64,000 nucleotides of DNA from Takakia lepidozioides (GCA_030704615.1 CM060731.1:90458001-90522000), one strand, 5' to 3'; counted from the first letter of the stretch, positions 1 through 11,375 are shown. Notes: generated from the sequence alone by a model not told the origin. Numbers and translations: made by a program.

Positions 1-7
1 ACAGTCT

Positions 8-567
8 TTGGCACAATATTACCAGATCATGCGCATTTGGTTGCCAGTGGCAACTCGGACTAAGGTTCTTCCGAACAATCGACCCATTGAGGATCATCAT
101 TTTGCAAGGTACTGGTCTGAGGCAGGCACCATGTTGAAGGAATTAATTGCCTTCCAGGTTGTTCATGGGTACATCTACAACAAGACCAAGGAAGTATCTA
201 GTATTGTCATGGGCTGTGGATTATACCATGCTGCTTGTTTCATTGCACGTTATCACATTGAGCAGCAGAAGATGCAATCACGATTTCTGAGTTATTCCAG
301 TGGGGATCATTGGGTCTTACCTTCAGTTCTACCCCATATGTATCTGTATGATGCGAAAGTCATGATGCAGAAGGATTCCCAGCTTCGTTCATGGTTTAAT
401 TTGGCTTGGAACAACTTGGCCAAAGAGAAATTGGGCCCTGATGATATTTTCTATAAGGGACATGAAGCCTGGAAATACTTACACTGTTCCAAAGTCATTG
501 GCACACCTCTTATCTATACAGCCAAGGAGTTCAGGGAGTTCACTCATTTTGCTTGTAAGCAATTAAA
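8..567 (+). other. Unidentified ORF fragment, truncated by the MULE-A left terminus at ~568
   Basis: About 187 stop-free codons of protein-like composition run into the TE terminus; the remainder of ORF 8..754 is read-through into TE sequence. No family recognised. Confidence 0.3.
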
Positions 568-625
568 GGGCTGCTATTTCATGAGCGGCATGAGCATGAG
601 CGGAAAAAAAGAAAGCATGAGCGGG
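568..625 (+). repeat. Left terminal inverted repeat of MULE-A (CATGAG-rich)
   Basis: GCTATTTCATGAGC recurs at 23725, in reverse complement at 29975-29988, and at 52351. Confidence 0.85.
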
Positions 626-1489
626 CCGAATTGTGTCCACGGAAATAGGGTTAGGAGGCACGGAAATAGGGTCATGTGGACTTGTCATAGCAATGAAATG
701 CAATATTTTATTGCAAATTTGGTGGCAAGCCACGTCTATACAAGTGTGTCCTAACTGTCATAGCAGGAATGGGAACTACTCTCCTACACCTTCCGAGGAA
801 CTTGGCCCTCCTTCTTCCTCATCCCCCTCATCCCCCCCATCCTCCGAGCTCTGTGATGCATCGGTTGCAGTATGCCTCTCAAAAATGCCGTCCTCTCCTT
901 GGGGGACTGTCCACCTCACCTCCTGGGAATCTTCTGCCTCTTCTCCCCCACTTTCCTCAGCAGAATCCAACACAAATCTACGAGCCCGACGGGCTCTAAT
1001 AGCTGTTGCCTCCTCCCTCATCTTCATTTTCTTGAGGCTTGCCTCGTCTAAAATTTGCTGTACACGACTAGGTTCGGAACACCTCCTAATGGACACCGAA
1101 GCAAGCCGGGCAGCATAGGTAGGAAGGATGTAGTCCCTTTCTGGACTAGGCATGAAATCCCCCCTGGCACAAAAAGGCACGTTGCTCTTGCCCATGAACT
1201 CCGGTGTAGACGTCCCTCCTGCCGTACTTGGCATCCTACAGTAAGAACAAATCCACTTCAAGAATGTCAATACCAGCAGAAGCAGAAAGGGTTTTCAATG
1301 AAATAAGAGAGCGAAGGGAGGTGCCTCACGAAATCTGGAGGCAACTTACAATGCAACCACTCACTCGTACACCGGGGGCTCCTCGGCCTCGATCCCAACT
1401 TGTTCCTCCCCCTGCTCCTTCTCGGATTTTTCCTCATCCTCCAAGGATGCCTCTTCCTCTTTTGGCAGACGTTCAGCCGCTACAAGTTC

Positions 1490-2290
1490 CGAGTTGTGGA
1501 GGGCAGTATCTGGCTCGAAGGCAAACACATGCCTGTCGGACAACGTCCCTGCCCACATTGAAGCACCTGAGGAACAAAGCGGGCGGTTAATAGCTTGCGG
1601 CATGCAATTGCAATCGGGCCAGGGGACAAACTGAGCACGTGAAGGCTTACCCGTGCCGCATGTGAGGTCCAGAATCCGCCCTTGGACATCCGAGCACGTC
1701 TCCATGAGGGTTTGGATGAAAGCAGGGCTCCGGGTCCGGCTGTACCGCCACGGTTTGCCTGTCTTTGTGTCCTTCGGCATACTGGAGTGGGGCACATAGT
1801 TGTAGAGGACATCGTAGGTAACAGGGTCCACAGCGGCATCAACAAGACGACCGTCGTTGCGGAATTTGAACGTAGACCCTCTCTTCACAAAGCAATATGC
1901 CTCAAACACCAATGTCTGCACATCCAACAAAAGAGGGATCAACTCCGGGATCTTGTTTAGATACACCACAATATGAGGTGAATGCAATAGATTGATAACT
2001 TACACTTTGGCCCTCTGTTCGCAACCCCTGTGTATTGATGCAGAACCATTTTCTGAGGAGGACCGGGGTGACATTTTTCGGTGTCCACCTTGCCACCGCA
2101 TTCTCTGTGGTCTTCCCTCTTGTGGCAAGGACAACCACACATCCACCGTCATCCAGAAGCATCCCCGCCAGCCCAAACCCGGCTTTCCAGTAGTCCTTAG
2201 TAAACCTGTTCCAGGTGGGCACACCATCCAGGCCCTCCAGCAGCTCCCCATCTGGAATGTCGAGGAGAATCATGTCGCAAGCTCTCTCCA
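1490..2290 (-). pseudogene. Beta-class N4/N6 amino-methyltransferase-like domain (family A)
   Basis: Order is motif IV-like DMILLDIPD, then AGMLLDDGGCVVV, then motif X/I-like RSPAFIQTLMETCSDVQGRILDLTCGTG|ASMWAGTLSDRHVFAFE. This matches the K/P..L..I...S..GD.VLDPF.GSGTT..A....R...G.E pattern of N6_N4_Mtase enzymes. Confidence 0.7.
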
Positions 2291-3164
2291 CCTCAACCCC
2301 CCCCCCCCCCCCCGAGTGCTCTTGCAATCCGTGCTCACAGCCGTGAAGAATTCCATCATGGCTTCAAAACCAGGGGTGTCTTTAGGCTCTGTACCGGCAG
2401 CCCTCTTCTTGGCTTTCCCCTTCTGCTCCGCCAGAGACTTGTTGTGTGCCACCTTCTTCGCCCTGGCAGCGAGAGCGTCAAGGAAGCTCTCATTGACGCA
2501 TTGGATGATTGTTGGAGGTTCTAGCTTTGGCCTGTGCGTAAACGTCACCGCCGAATACCGCCGTGTAGGCTCGCCCTCAAATGCCAACTTCTTGGCAGAG
2601 CCAGTCCCACTCCGAACTGACTTGGGAACCCGGACGACCGGTGACTGGGTAGCAGCAACAACAGTCGCAGGACCTTGAACAAAGTCGTCGTCCGAGTCAC
2701 TCTCTTGGGTCCCCTCCTGCGCCTCCTCCGATGCCCCGATGGTTTTCTGTTTTTTGGGTGTTACTGTACTCACCTGTTTCCTTGTCCTTTTCCTTTGGCC
2801 TTTACTCTTCTCATTCAATTTCTCCTGAATTCCTGCCTGAGCAAGCTCTGCCGCTTTCCTGGAGTTCGCAAGCGCTTTTGCCTCTTTTGCACCCAGCGGA
2901 GGCAGCGGTGGGGCCCTCGCATGGGCCTCAGCATCCAGCTTCAATTGAAACTCGGCGGGGTCGAGCGAGCCGGGCGGAAGGTCCACATACCAAGGGCAAT
3001 CACGAAATGTTCCAGATGCCACTCCTTCACAATATCGTCTGTGTACATGGAGTCAGCCCCAGGGTTCCTCCATGCCAGGAAGAATGGTGGCTCGAAAGAC
3101 AAATGACCTTTCTCCAAAAGGGAGAACTTGCAGTACCTGCATTCATGAAAAACACAATGAGTCC

Positions 3165-3740
3165 CTGAACTGCAAATTCGGCACCATTTTCCCAGGTTGG
3201 GGCGGATCTGAGTGGCCTAGAAATGGAAAAATGGCGCCGAATTTCGGTTTTCGGTGACTGCCACCCTAGGGACTTAGCCATGGGAGCCCTGAACTGGAAA
3301 TTTGGCGCCATTTTTTCCGGTTTGGCCCGAAGATGGCTAAGTCCCAGAACGGCAATAGGGCCTAGAACTGGAAAAATGGCGCCGAATTTCCAGTTCAGGG
3401 CCAGCCACCCTAGGGACTTAGCCATTTTCGGAGCCCTGACTGGAAATTCGGCGCCATTTTCCCAGGTCCGGCCCGAAAATGGCTAAGTCCCAAAACGGCA
3501 ATAGGGCCCAGAACTGGAAAAATGGCGCCGAATTTCCAGTTCAGGGCCAGCCACCCTTGGGACTTAGCCATTTTCGGAGCCCTGACTGGAAATTCGGCGC
3601 CATTTTCCCAGGTCCGGCCCGAAATGGCTAAGTCCCATATGGCCTTGGACCTGGAAAAATGGCGCCGAATTTCCAGTTCAGGGCCAGCCACCTAGGGACT
3701 TAGCCTTTTCGGAGCCCTGATCTGGAAATTCGGCGAAAAA
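3165..3740. repeat. Tandem array of ~146-bp units made of two inverted half-units, each with a GGAAATTCGGCGCCATTTT motif; lies in a cargo-gene intron
   Basis: About 4 units; the same peptide (ALNWKFGAIF) is read on both strands. Confidence 0.9.
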
Positions 3741-4979
3741 TGCAAGGACTGAAAGGAAGGCATCGCGTATGTACCTGTACAGAAGGCGCATTGCTGCTTT
3801 TCCGCGTTCGGCTGGTCGGTGAACTCGTGGCTCCGGCGGGCATGTGGTATCTCCCGAAAGAATAGGTCGGTTTTGTAGAGCAGAAAGTACCTCGTCACAT
3901 AGTCGCGTAGGCTCTCTGCTGCAGGAGAAATCTCCATCTTGAACTGATGTGCTTGTGTGTCCAGCTGCTCTTGCGCATTCATCGTCACTTGTGGAGATTC
4001 CATCAGATCGCATTGCTGAAAAAATACAATGAATCCACCCCCTACAAGAGTAGAAGCGCCAAACGAAGCGTGGGGAAGTACCTGAAACCACCATGACATG
4101 CGGTTCATCCACATGTCGAATGTGGGGTCAGACAATTTGTCCGGTTTGGGGAAGCCCACATTTCCCTTGTACTTTGGGAAACCATTCTAGATTTGGAGCA
4201 CCGGGTGTGTCCAACCACCCAGCATATTTGTAAGCGCCAAACACCACAAAAACGAGTTGTTGCCACCACAATTTGGTTAAAAATGTATCACCTTTTCAGC
4301 ACCATCCACACAAGATGTGGCTAGACGATGGAGCTTCTCCAATGTCATCGTGGGCTTCAGAGCGCGGGAGTAGTGCTTCCCCACCTCCACCAAAAAGTCG
4401 GCACCAAGGGCGGGATCAGCTATGGCCACGTACTTTACCATCCGCGACTTGTACTTTATGCGGGCCCTCACCCTCCGCAGCTTTGAGATACGATTCGAGT
4501 GCCGGAGGGTTAGATTTCTTCTCCTTGACTCCATGTAGAACCTCCGCGCATGTGCCAAATCCTGCTGAATTTTGGTCTGTCAAGAATGCGCACATAAGAT
4601 TAGAGATCCTGCTCAACATTTTTTCTTCTATTGGGGGAGGAGAGACAGATAAGCTCAACAAAATGTCAGGAGCGTTACCCGAAATATGTAGTCCACCATG
4701 GCGTCCATGCTCAGCCTATACCAGGTTCTGTCTGCCTTTGCTTCCGACTTGCGCAGAGGTCGGCACTGAGCGAATTGGCAAACTCTTGCACCCCCTGCTT
4801 CCCGACATCCTTCACCCGGAAGAGCATATGGGACAAGTTGGTGGCAATGAAGGCATTCTCAATCACCCTGCAATGCCACATTTCCATCAAACAATTTTGA
4901 AATGGAATTTATAACAAATATGAGGATTCGCAATGAAATGAAATGACTTACAATCGGATGGGTCCAAAAGCAGTAACTT

Positions 4980-5383
4980 ACGAGTTGATGTCCGCCATTG
5001 CAGCTTTGAGAAGACTGCGATCTTTGGGCCCCGCAACCTTCAGCACAACACACTCCACGGCGAAATGCCAATCGAGGTCGTTGGGGTGGGCTTCGGCTAT
5101 GTGCTCCATCCATGCCAGGAGGCGATGATTGCCGTCCCACACGTAAAACATCTTTCCGGACAAGTGCTGGAAAAGAGGATCAGTAGCAATCGATCTCTCG
5201 AACTCCTCATTTCGCCTTTGCCAATGGGGACCTCATTTGTCCACCTCATCGGAAGTGTGGGCACGGGAAGCTCCGTGGTCGTTCTCAATGGAAACGTAAA
5301 ACGCGGCAGCACCCCATTCGATATCCATCCCGGAAAGAGAATTTCAGCTTGTCGATATCGCCTGGGAGGGCAGGTCTCACCAC
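4980..5383 (-). pseudogene. ParB/Sulfiredoxin-like (DGxHR) domain exon
   Basis: Manual translation: VVRPALPGDIDKLKFSFRDGYRM(fs)GAAAFYVSIEN...SGKMFYVWDGNHRLLAWMEHI. Bounded by ttgcag| and |gtaagt splice sites. Copy 2 reads WDDNHRL. Confidence 0.65.
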
Positions 5384-7329
5384 CTGCAAAGACACCAAGC
5401 GGCAAAGGGGAATTCGAAGCTTGGCCGGGTACACCATGCCCCCCAGCACCTGCCAATGTTGCTGTGGGTTGCCTCCAACATCTTGGCAGCGGCCAACTTC
5501 ATATCCGCCTCCGACATGACGTCTGCTGCAGAGGGGTTCTCCGGCAGCCCACCAGGACCGCCAAATCCAGCCTGTATGCTGCGGGTTTGGGGCCTGGGGA
5601 TGTCCGGGAGGATGTCCTGGTCAGAAAGCTCGGTGTCATCCTCCTCAACATGGTCAACCACCGGCGAACCACCTCGAGCACTCTCCCGTCTCTACTGCCA
5701 TCTCCCCGGCTTCACCTCGAACTTGCACAATCCGTGCTCTTTGTGGTGTTCTTTCCTCTCCTCCACTCTCCACCGTATGGGTAATTGCGGGGGCTGCTCT
5801 GTCCGCGATGGTGTAACCGGTGTGTTACTGCCTCTTTGTGGTGTCTTGGAGGGATCCACCGTCTCTGTGCGTCCCTCGCTTACATTGGCATCTGTCATTT
5901 GGGCACCCCTGGCCTCTTCAGTGGCCTTTTCTCTTTCCTCCTGGCTAGCCTTCTGTCTCACTTGTTTTGCCTCTCTTTTGCCCTCTCACGGGCTTTCTGT
6001 TTCTTACTAGGGCTAGCAGCAGGGGAGCCCTGGACGACCACCTTTGATTGAGGAGAACTGACACCCTCGCGCGCACTGCTCACTCCCCCCTCCGCAGCCC
6101 GTGACGGCTCTCTCGCGGGATTGCATGTGCTTAGCTTTCTTCTTCTTCTTTGCATGGGCGGGCCCTACTGCATGTGCATCAACAACCTCCATTGCCGGAT
6201 CTGCTGTCCTCACGTCCTCACGCCCTTCACCTGCCATGCCGCCTGCACCAACCTCCCCAATGCCTATTTGTCGTACCTCGCTTCAGGTCCTCCCGTCCAC
6301 CAACAAAAGGTTGAAGTTGCCCTCTCGCCCCAAGTTGGGCGATTCAAACATGCGATGAGTTGGAGCGGTCGATGATACCACCAGCGTGCCGGGCTCGTCG
6401 TCACTCTGTCATTCCCAAAATCGTCAGAACCAACATCGGTGCCAAAACCAGCATCGCAACGAGCAGCGCAACCACCATAGCAACAATCGTGGAACAACAA
6501 TGAAAACAAAACAAGTTTAGGAAGTATGGAGTGCCATGGAACAACAATGAAAACAAATCCAACCAATGCCTAAGAATGACATACACAAGCAGCCTTCTCC
6601 AGAGCTGCCGGCTTTGCACACGCATTGCAAACTATTTAAGGTTCACTCAACCGGTAATATGAAACACGATGAACAAATGATCAGGAATTCCATAAGATGG
6701 GAAAACAGGGTGAAATGTTTTGAAGGCACTTCATCTTTTCAGCTCAGCATGGATTTCCTTAATTTTTAACAACTCAGACCTTGATCATTCTTTGCAACAA
6801 CTGCTGCTTTTGCGATGCAGCCATACGCTTCCAGCGATGCCAGGATGAAGATGCAAAAACAAAGCGAAACAACAAAGCGAAAGCGAAAGCGAAAGAAAAA
6901 GCGAAAGTGAACAAAGTGAAAGCAGAAGTGGCTTGCCTGAGAGTACTCGGCTTCAGTTGGCGCGGGTTGTGAACAAGACACTGGAATCTCCTGCTGGAGC
7001 TTAAGTTTGGCCATGCGAGAGATTGGCCGTCGTCCGTAGTACAAAGCTTTAAACTTCCGCCGCAGTCTGGATGTGAGGTCTCTCTCAGGAGAGCCACGCC
7101 CTTCAGGCGGCATAAGTCCCAGCCAAAATGGAAAAAGATCTCAGTTTTTTGGGGTACATGCCTCGAATAGAAGTTCATCCAAGATTAGCATCAGATTTAG
7201 GGTACGTATCGATGAAGCCATGTGTCGCCAGCCCGAATAAAAACGGACGGCCGTGGACATTTAATGCCCAACTACGCAATTAAATGTCAGATGAAGCCCT
7301 CCCTGTCGGATGAAATATGATGCAACTCG

Positions 7330-8830
7330 GCCCGGAATTTCCAACATAGAGGTAATTTGGAGCGCAGCAGAAAAGAATTCCGGCGCCGGATTTCCATCCT
7401 GCAGGTAATTCGGAGCGCGGATGGATTGAAATCTGGCGCCGGATTTCCATCCGCCAGGTACGGCGGCGCGCAAAATTTCCGTCATGCAGGTAATTCGGAG
7501 CGCAGCAGGATGGAAATTCAGCGCCGAATTTCCATCCTGCAAGGTAGGGCGGCGCGCGAAATTTCCGTCACGCAGGTAATTCGGAGCCGGATGGATGGAA
7601 ATCCGGCGCCGGATTTCCATCCTGCCAGGTAGGGCGGCGCGCGAAATTTCCGTCACGCAGGTAATTCGGAGCCAGATGGATGGAAATCCGGCACCGGATT
7701 TCCATCCTGCCAAGTGGCGGCGGGCGAAATTTTTGCCACGTAGGTAATTCGGAGCCGGATGGATGGAAATCCGGCGCCGCATTTCCATCCTGCGAGGTAG
7801 GGCGGCGCGAATTTTCCGTCACGCAGGTAATTCGGAGCCGGATGGATGGAAATCTGGCGCCGCATTTCCATCCTGCCAGGTAGGGCGGCGCGCGAAATTT
7901 CCGCCACGCAGGTAATTCGGAGCGGATGGATGGAAATACGGCGCCGGATTTCCATCCGCCAGGTTGGTCGGAGAGCGGATGGATGGAAATTCGGCGCAAG
8001 ATTTCCATCCTGCCAAGTGGGGCGGCGCGCGAAATTTCCGCCACGCACTGGATGGAAATCCGCGCCGGATTTCCATCCTATATAGGGCAGAAATCCGCCA
8101 CGCGTAATTCGAGCGGAGGATGGAAATCCGCGCCGGATTTCCATCCTGTCAGGTAGGGCGGCGCGGGAAATTTCCGCCACGCAGGTAATTCGGAGCGGAT
8201 GGATGGAAATCCGGCGCCGGATTTCCATCCTGCCAGGTAGGGCCGCGCGCGAAATTTCCGCCACGCTCCGGATGGATGGAAATTCGGCGCGGATCCTGCC
8301 AGGTAAGGCGGCGCGAAATTTTAGCACGCAGGTAATTCGAAGCGGATGGATGGAAATCCGGCGCCGGATTTCCATCCTGTCAGGTAGGGCGGCGCGCGAA
8401 ATTTCCGCCACGCAAGTAATTCGGGGCGGATGGATGGAAATCCGGCGCCGGATTTCCATCTGCCAGGTTGGTCGGAGAGCGGATGGATGGAAATTCGGCG
8501 CCGGATTTCCATCCTGCCAGGTAGGGCGGCGCACGAAATTTCCGCCACGCAGGTAATTCGGAGCGGATGGATGGAAATCCGGCGCCGAATTTCCATGGCA
8601 GGTAGGCGGCGCGCAAAATTTCCGTCATGCAGGTAATTCGGAGCGGATCAGGATGGAAATTCGGCGCCGAATTTCCATCCTGCAGGTAATTCGAAGCCCG
8701 GATGGATGGAAATCGGGCGCCGTTCCATCCAGCAGGTAACTCGGATCGCTTGCGGATGGGAATTCGGCGCCGAATTTCTATTCGCCAGGTAAGTCGAAGC
8801 GCCGAATTGCCTTCCTGCAGGTAATTCTGA
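7330..8830. repeat. Tandem array, ~85-bp unit, ~17 copies, each with palindrome ATGGAAAT(C/T)CGGCGCCG(G/A)ATTTCCAT
   Basis: Unit starts at 7572 and 7657 (85 bp apart). A perfect 34-bp palindrome lies at 8649-8682. Confidence 0.95.
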
Positions 8831-8924
8831 GCGTGGCCGCTTGGTTTTTCGGAAAACAAACTAAACTGTTAGTTTTGTGGCTGAAGTCCACTTTTAGACG
8901 TTTTTCATGGAATCCTTGACTGCT

Positions 8925-10060
8925 AGCGGGAAATCCGAACGGCCCGGACGGAAATTCGGCGCCGTTTTTCCATCCTGGGAGATTTTTATATTGTCCAGTT
9001 TTGGGCCTCACCACCCGACCGGACTTCCTTTGAGGGGGCCCGGATGGAAATTTGGCGCCGAATTTCCATCCGGGGGATGGTCTCTGTCGGACAGGTGCCG
9101 GCCTCTCCGCCCGAGGCGACTTCATCCGGGCGTCCTCTGTTGGATATTCGGTGCCGAATTTCCGTCCGGGGGTTGAAATGTGATGGCCAGGTGCCGGCCT
9201 CTCCCCCCTCCCCGACTGCATCCGAACCGCCCCGCACGGAAATTCGGCGCCGTTTTTCCATCCTGGGAAGTTTTTATATCGTCCAGTTTTGGGCCTCACC
9301 ACCCGACCAGACTTCCTTTGAGGGGGCCCGGATGGAAATTCGGCGGCGAATTTCCATCCGGGGATGGTCTCTGTCGGACAGGTGCCGGCCTCTCCGCCCG
9401 AGGCGACTTCGTCTGAGCGTCCCCTGTTGGATATTGGTGCCGAATTTCCGTCCGGGGGTTGTAATGTGACGGCCTCTCCCCCCTCCCCGACTGCATCCGA
9501 ACGGCCCTAGATGGAAATTCGGCGCCGTTTTCCCATCTGGGGAGGTTTTTATGTCGGCCAGTTTTCGGCCTGCCCCCCCGACACAACTTCCTTTGGGGGG
9601 GCCCGGATGGAAATTCGGCACCGAATCTCCATCCAGGGGATGCTCTCTGTCGAACACGCGCCGACCTCTACGCCCGAGGCAACTTCATTCGGGCTTCCCC
9701 CATTGGATATTCGGTGCCGAATTTCCGTCCGGGGGTTGTAATGTGAGGGCCAGGTGGCGGCCTTTCCCCCGAGCCGACTGCATCCAAACGGCCTCGGATG
9801 GAAATTCGGCGCCGTTTTTCCATCCGGGGAGGTTTTTATGTCGGCCAGTTTTTGGCCTGACCCCCCGACACAACTTCCTATGGGGGGATCCAAATTGAAA
9901 TTCGGCGCTGAATTTCCATCCGGGGGTTTTTCTCTGTCGGACAAGTTCCGGCCTCTCTGCCCGAGGCGACTTCAAACGTGCGGCCCCTGCTGGATATTCG
10001 GTGCCGAATTTTCATCCGGGGGTAGTAATGTGACGGCACGGTGCCGGCTTCTCCCCTTCA
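8925..10060. repeat. Tandem array, ~280-bp unit, ~4 copies, three GGAAATTCGG(C/T)GCCG-type palindromic sites per unit
   Basis: GGAAATTCGGCGCCGTTTT recurs at ~8950, 9238, 9513 and 9800. Confidence 0.9.
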
Positions 10061-10277
10061 GCCGACATCATCTGGACGGCCCCCCACTTTCTGACTGCAT
10101 ACCGTTGGCAGTTATTGCGCAAAGACCAAGGGCCGCATTCCTGAGACAAGGTTTATTAACACTTTGACTGTGGATTTTTGAGATAGTTGGCTCCCTGGAT
10201 TTGGATGAGGCTTCGTCGCTCGGACAAATCGGCACCGCATTCCTTCCCATCGCTGCATCCCCCTTCTACCAGGGAGC

Positions 10278-11375
10278 TTGCCCGCACGCCATCCTGGGAG
10301 TCTTGTGTGCACATCTCCCATGGCGGAAAACCCGAGCGCTACAGTGTACTGCCCTCCTCACGAGCATAGAGCTTCATTTCCGTGCAGAGGGGACATCTGC
10401 CGGGTGATGGAGAAATATCTGTGCATTCGATACCACCTGAAACCGGGGTCGGTTTTTTTGGAGGAGGAAAGGAAGGACTCAAACGGCGCTGTTGTTGAGA
10501 GTATTGTTGTGCTCCACGATGATTTCGGCGATGGCAGGGAATGGCGAGTTCCACCATCAGACAGCGTCATATACAGGGCTGTTGGGGACTTCATTTGCCC
10601 GCCAAATGCACCTTCTATCCTGGCGCCTTCCACAAAACAATCCGCGAATCAGAGAGTGGGTACCTAGAAGTCCGCAACGAAGTAAATCCAGAGCCGAACC
10701 CATCCATGAAGACGAGCGAGAACCGGGTTGTTCACAACCTGTCCGACTCAGACAAGGTCATGGAAGTTCCGAGGTCGTCCTGGAGATCAGACAAGTCCTC
10801 AATGGACGTCAGTGGACGAGGGAGTCATATTCCCAGCACGAGCACCGCAGTTCGATCTATTCTTGAAATTCTGTGAGGGCTTCACATGGAGGGACACCGC
10901 TCGGAGCTGGCCGGGCTGGACTACAGCAAGTTCGTAATTAAATCGGTTACATGCCTTCCCGCAGACGTTGACGGTAATATCTTCTTTGAGTTCCCTCCTC
11001 GGACGGACTACTCGAGGGCGTCCGGAATGTTGACAGATATGGATAGAAAACATGATGGTCATCCTTGGTGCGTCACCAAAACCACCAGCATGAAGATGCT
11101 CGATGGTGTGCGGATGCGCTACGTTGTTTGTGCAGGCACGTTGCGGTGTTTCTCCCCAGCTTGCTTCCATTTTAAATCCAGAGGTCACAGGAACGAGACC
11201 GATTGGACAGGCACAGCTCATCAACCATTTTGAGCTCAGGAGAAGGTTCCGAACTCCACATTTAAGTGTGCGCATTGCAAAGAACCATCACATTGCATGT
11301 CTGTTTGTAATGCCAAGCAGTTCTATGTGTTGCACCGTTTCCCTGACCTCACCCGAGCTTGCATACACGTTGGGA
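10278..11375 (+). pseudogene. MULE-A transposase N-terminal part with GCM/WRKY-like Zn DNA-binding domain
   Basis: DRKHDGHPWCVTKTT...RYVVCAGTLRCFSPAC...RNETDW...FKCAHCKEPSHCMSVCNAKQF...TRACIHVG. Overlaps the 52245 copy, which continues into the DDE core. Stops and frameshifts present. Confidence 0.7.

Larger units (their letters stand above)
776..6400 (-). pseudogene. Multi-exon MULE-A cargo gene: low-complexity N-terminus - ParB/Srx-like domain - helical region - charged linker - beta-class amino-MTase-like domain - acidic tail
   Basis: Consecutive minus-strand ORF pieces (5661-5377, 5383-4980, ~4870-4280, ~4225-4085, ~4015-3750, ~3135-1990, ~1945-1650, ~1567-1365, ~1237-776) are joined by GT..AG introns, e.g. 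DLTCGTG|gtaagc...cctcag|GASMW. Several frameshifts. The 5' boundary and single-gene status are inferred. Confidence 0.6.
568..11375 (+). mobile_element. Large Mutator-like element, family A copy 1 (left end present, truncated inside the transposase)
   Basis: Starts GGGCTGCTATTTCATGAGCGGCATGAGCATGAGCGG, the same terminus as at 23718. 568-5200 is near-identical to 23718-28488. Contains a minus-strand cargo gene, three palindrome arrays and the transposase N-terminus. Similarity to the 52245-50050 transposase stops at ~11375. Confidence 0.85.

Noticed and set aside
776-6400. Bacterial or phage contamination, or a true parABS / restriction-modification locus
   Set aside because: Spliceosomal introns, Mutator TIR/TSD context, and no ParA or restriction nuclease seen.
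7330-10060. CRISPR array (regularly spaced palindromic repeats)
   Set aside because: The intervening sequences are themselves repeated, not unique spacers; there are no cas genes and the context is eukaryotic.
7261-10167. Many MEIRRRISI / WKSGA ORFs as real proteins
   Set aside because: They appear on both strands and in all frames because the motif is a stop-free palindrome.
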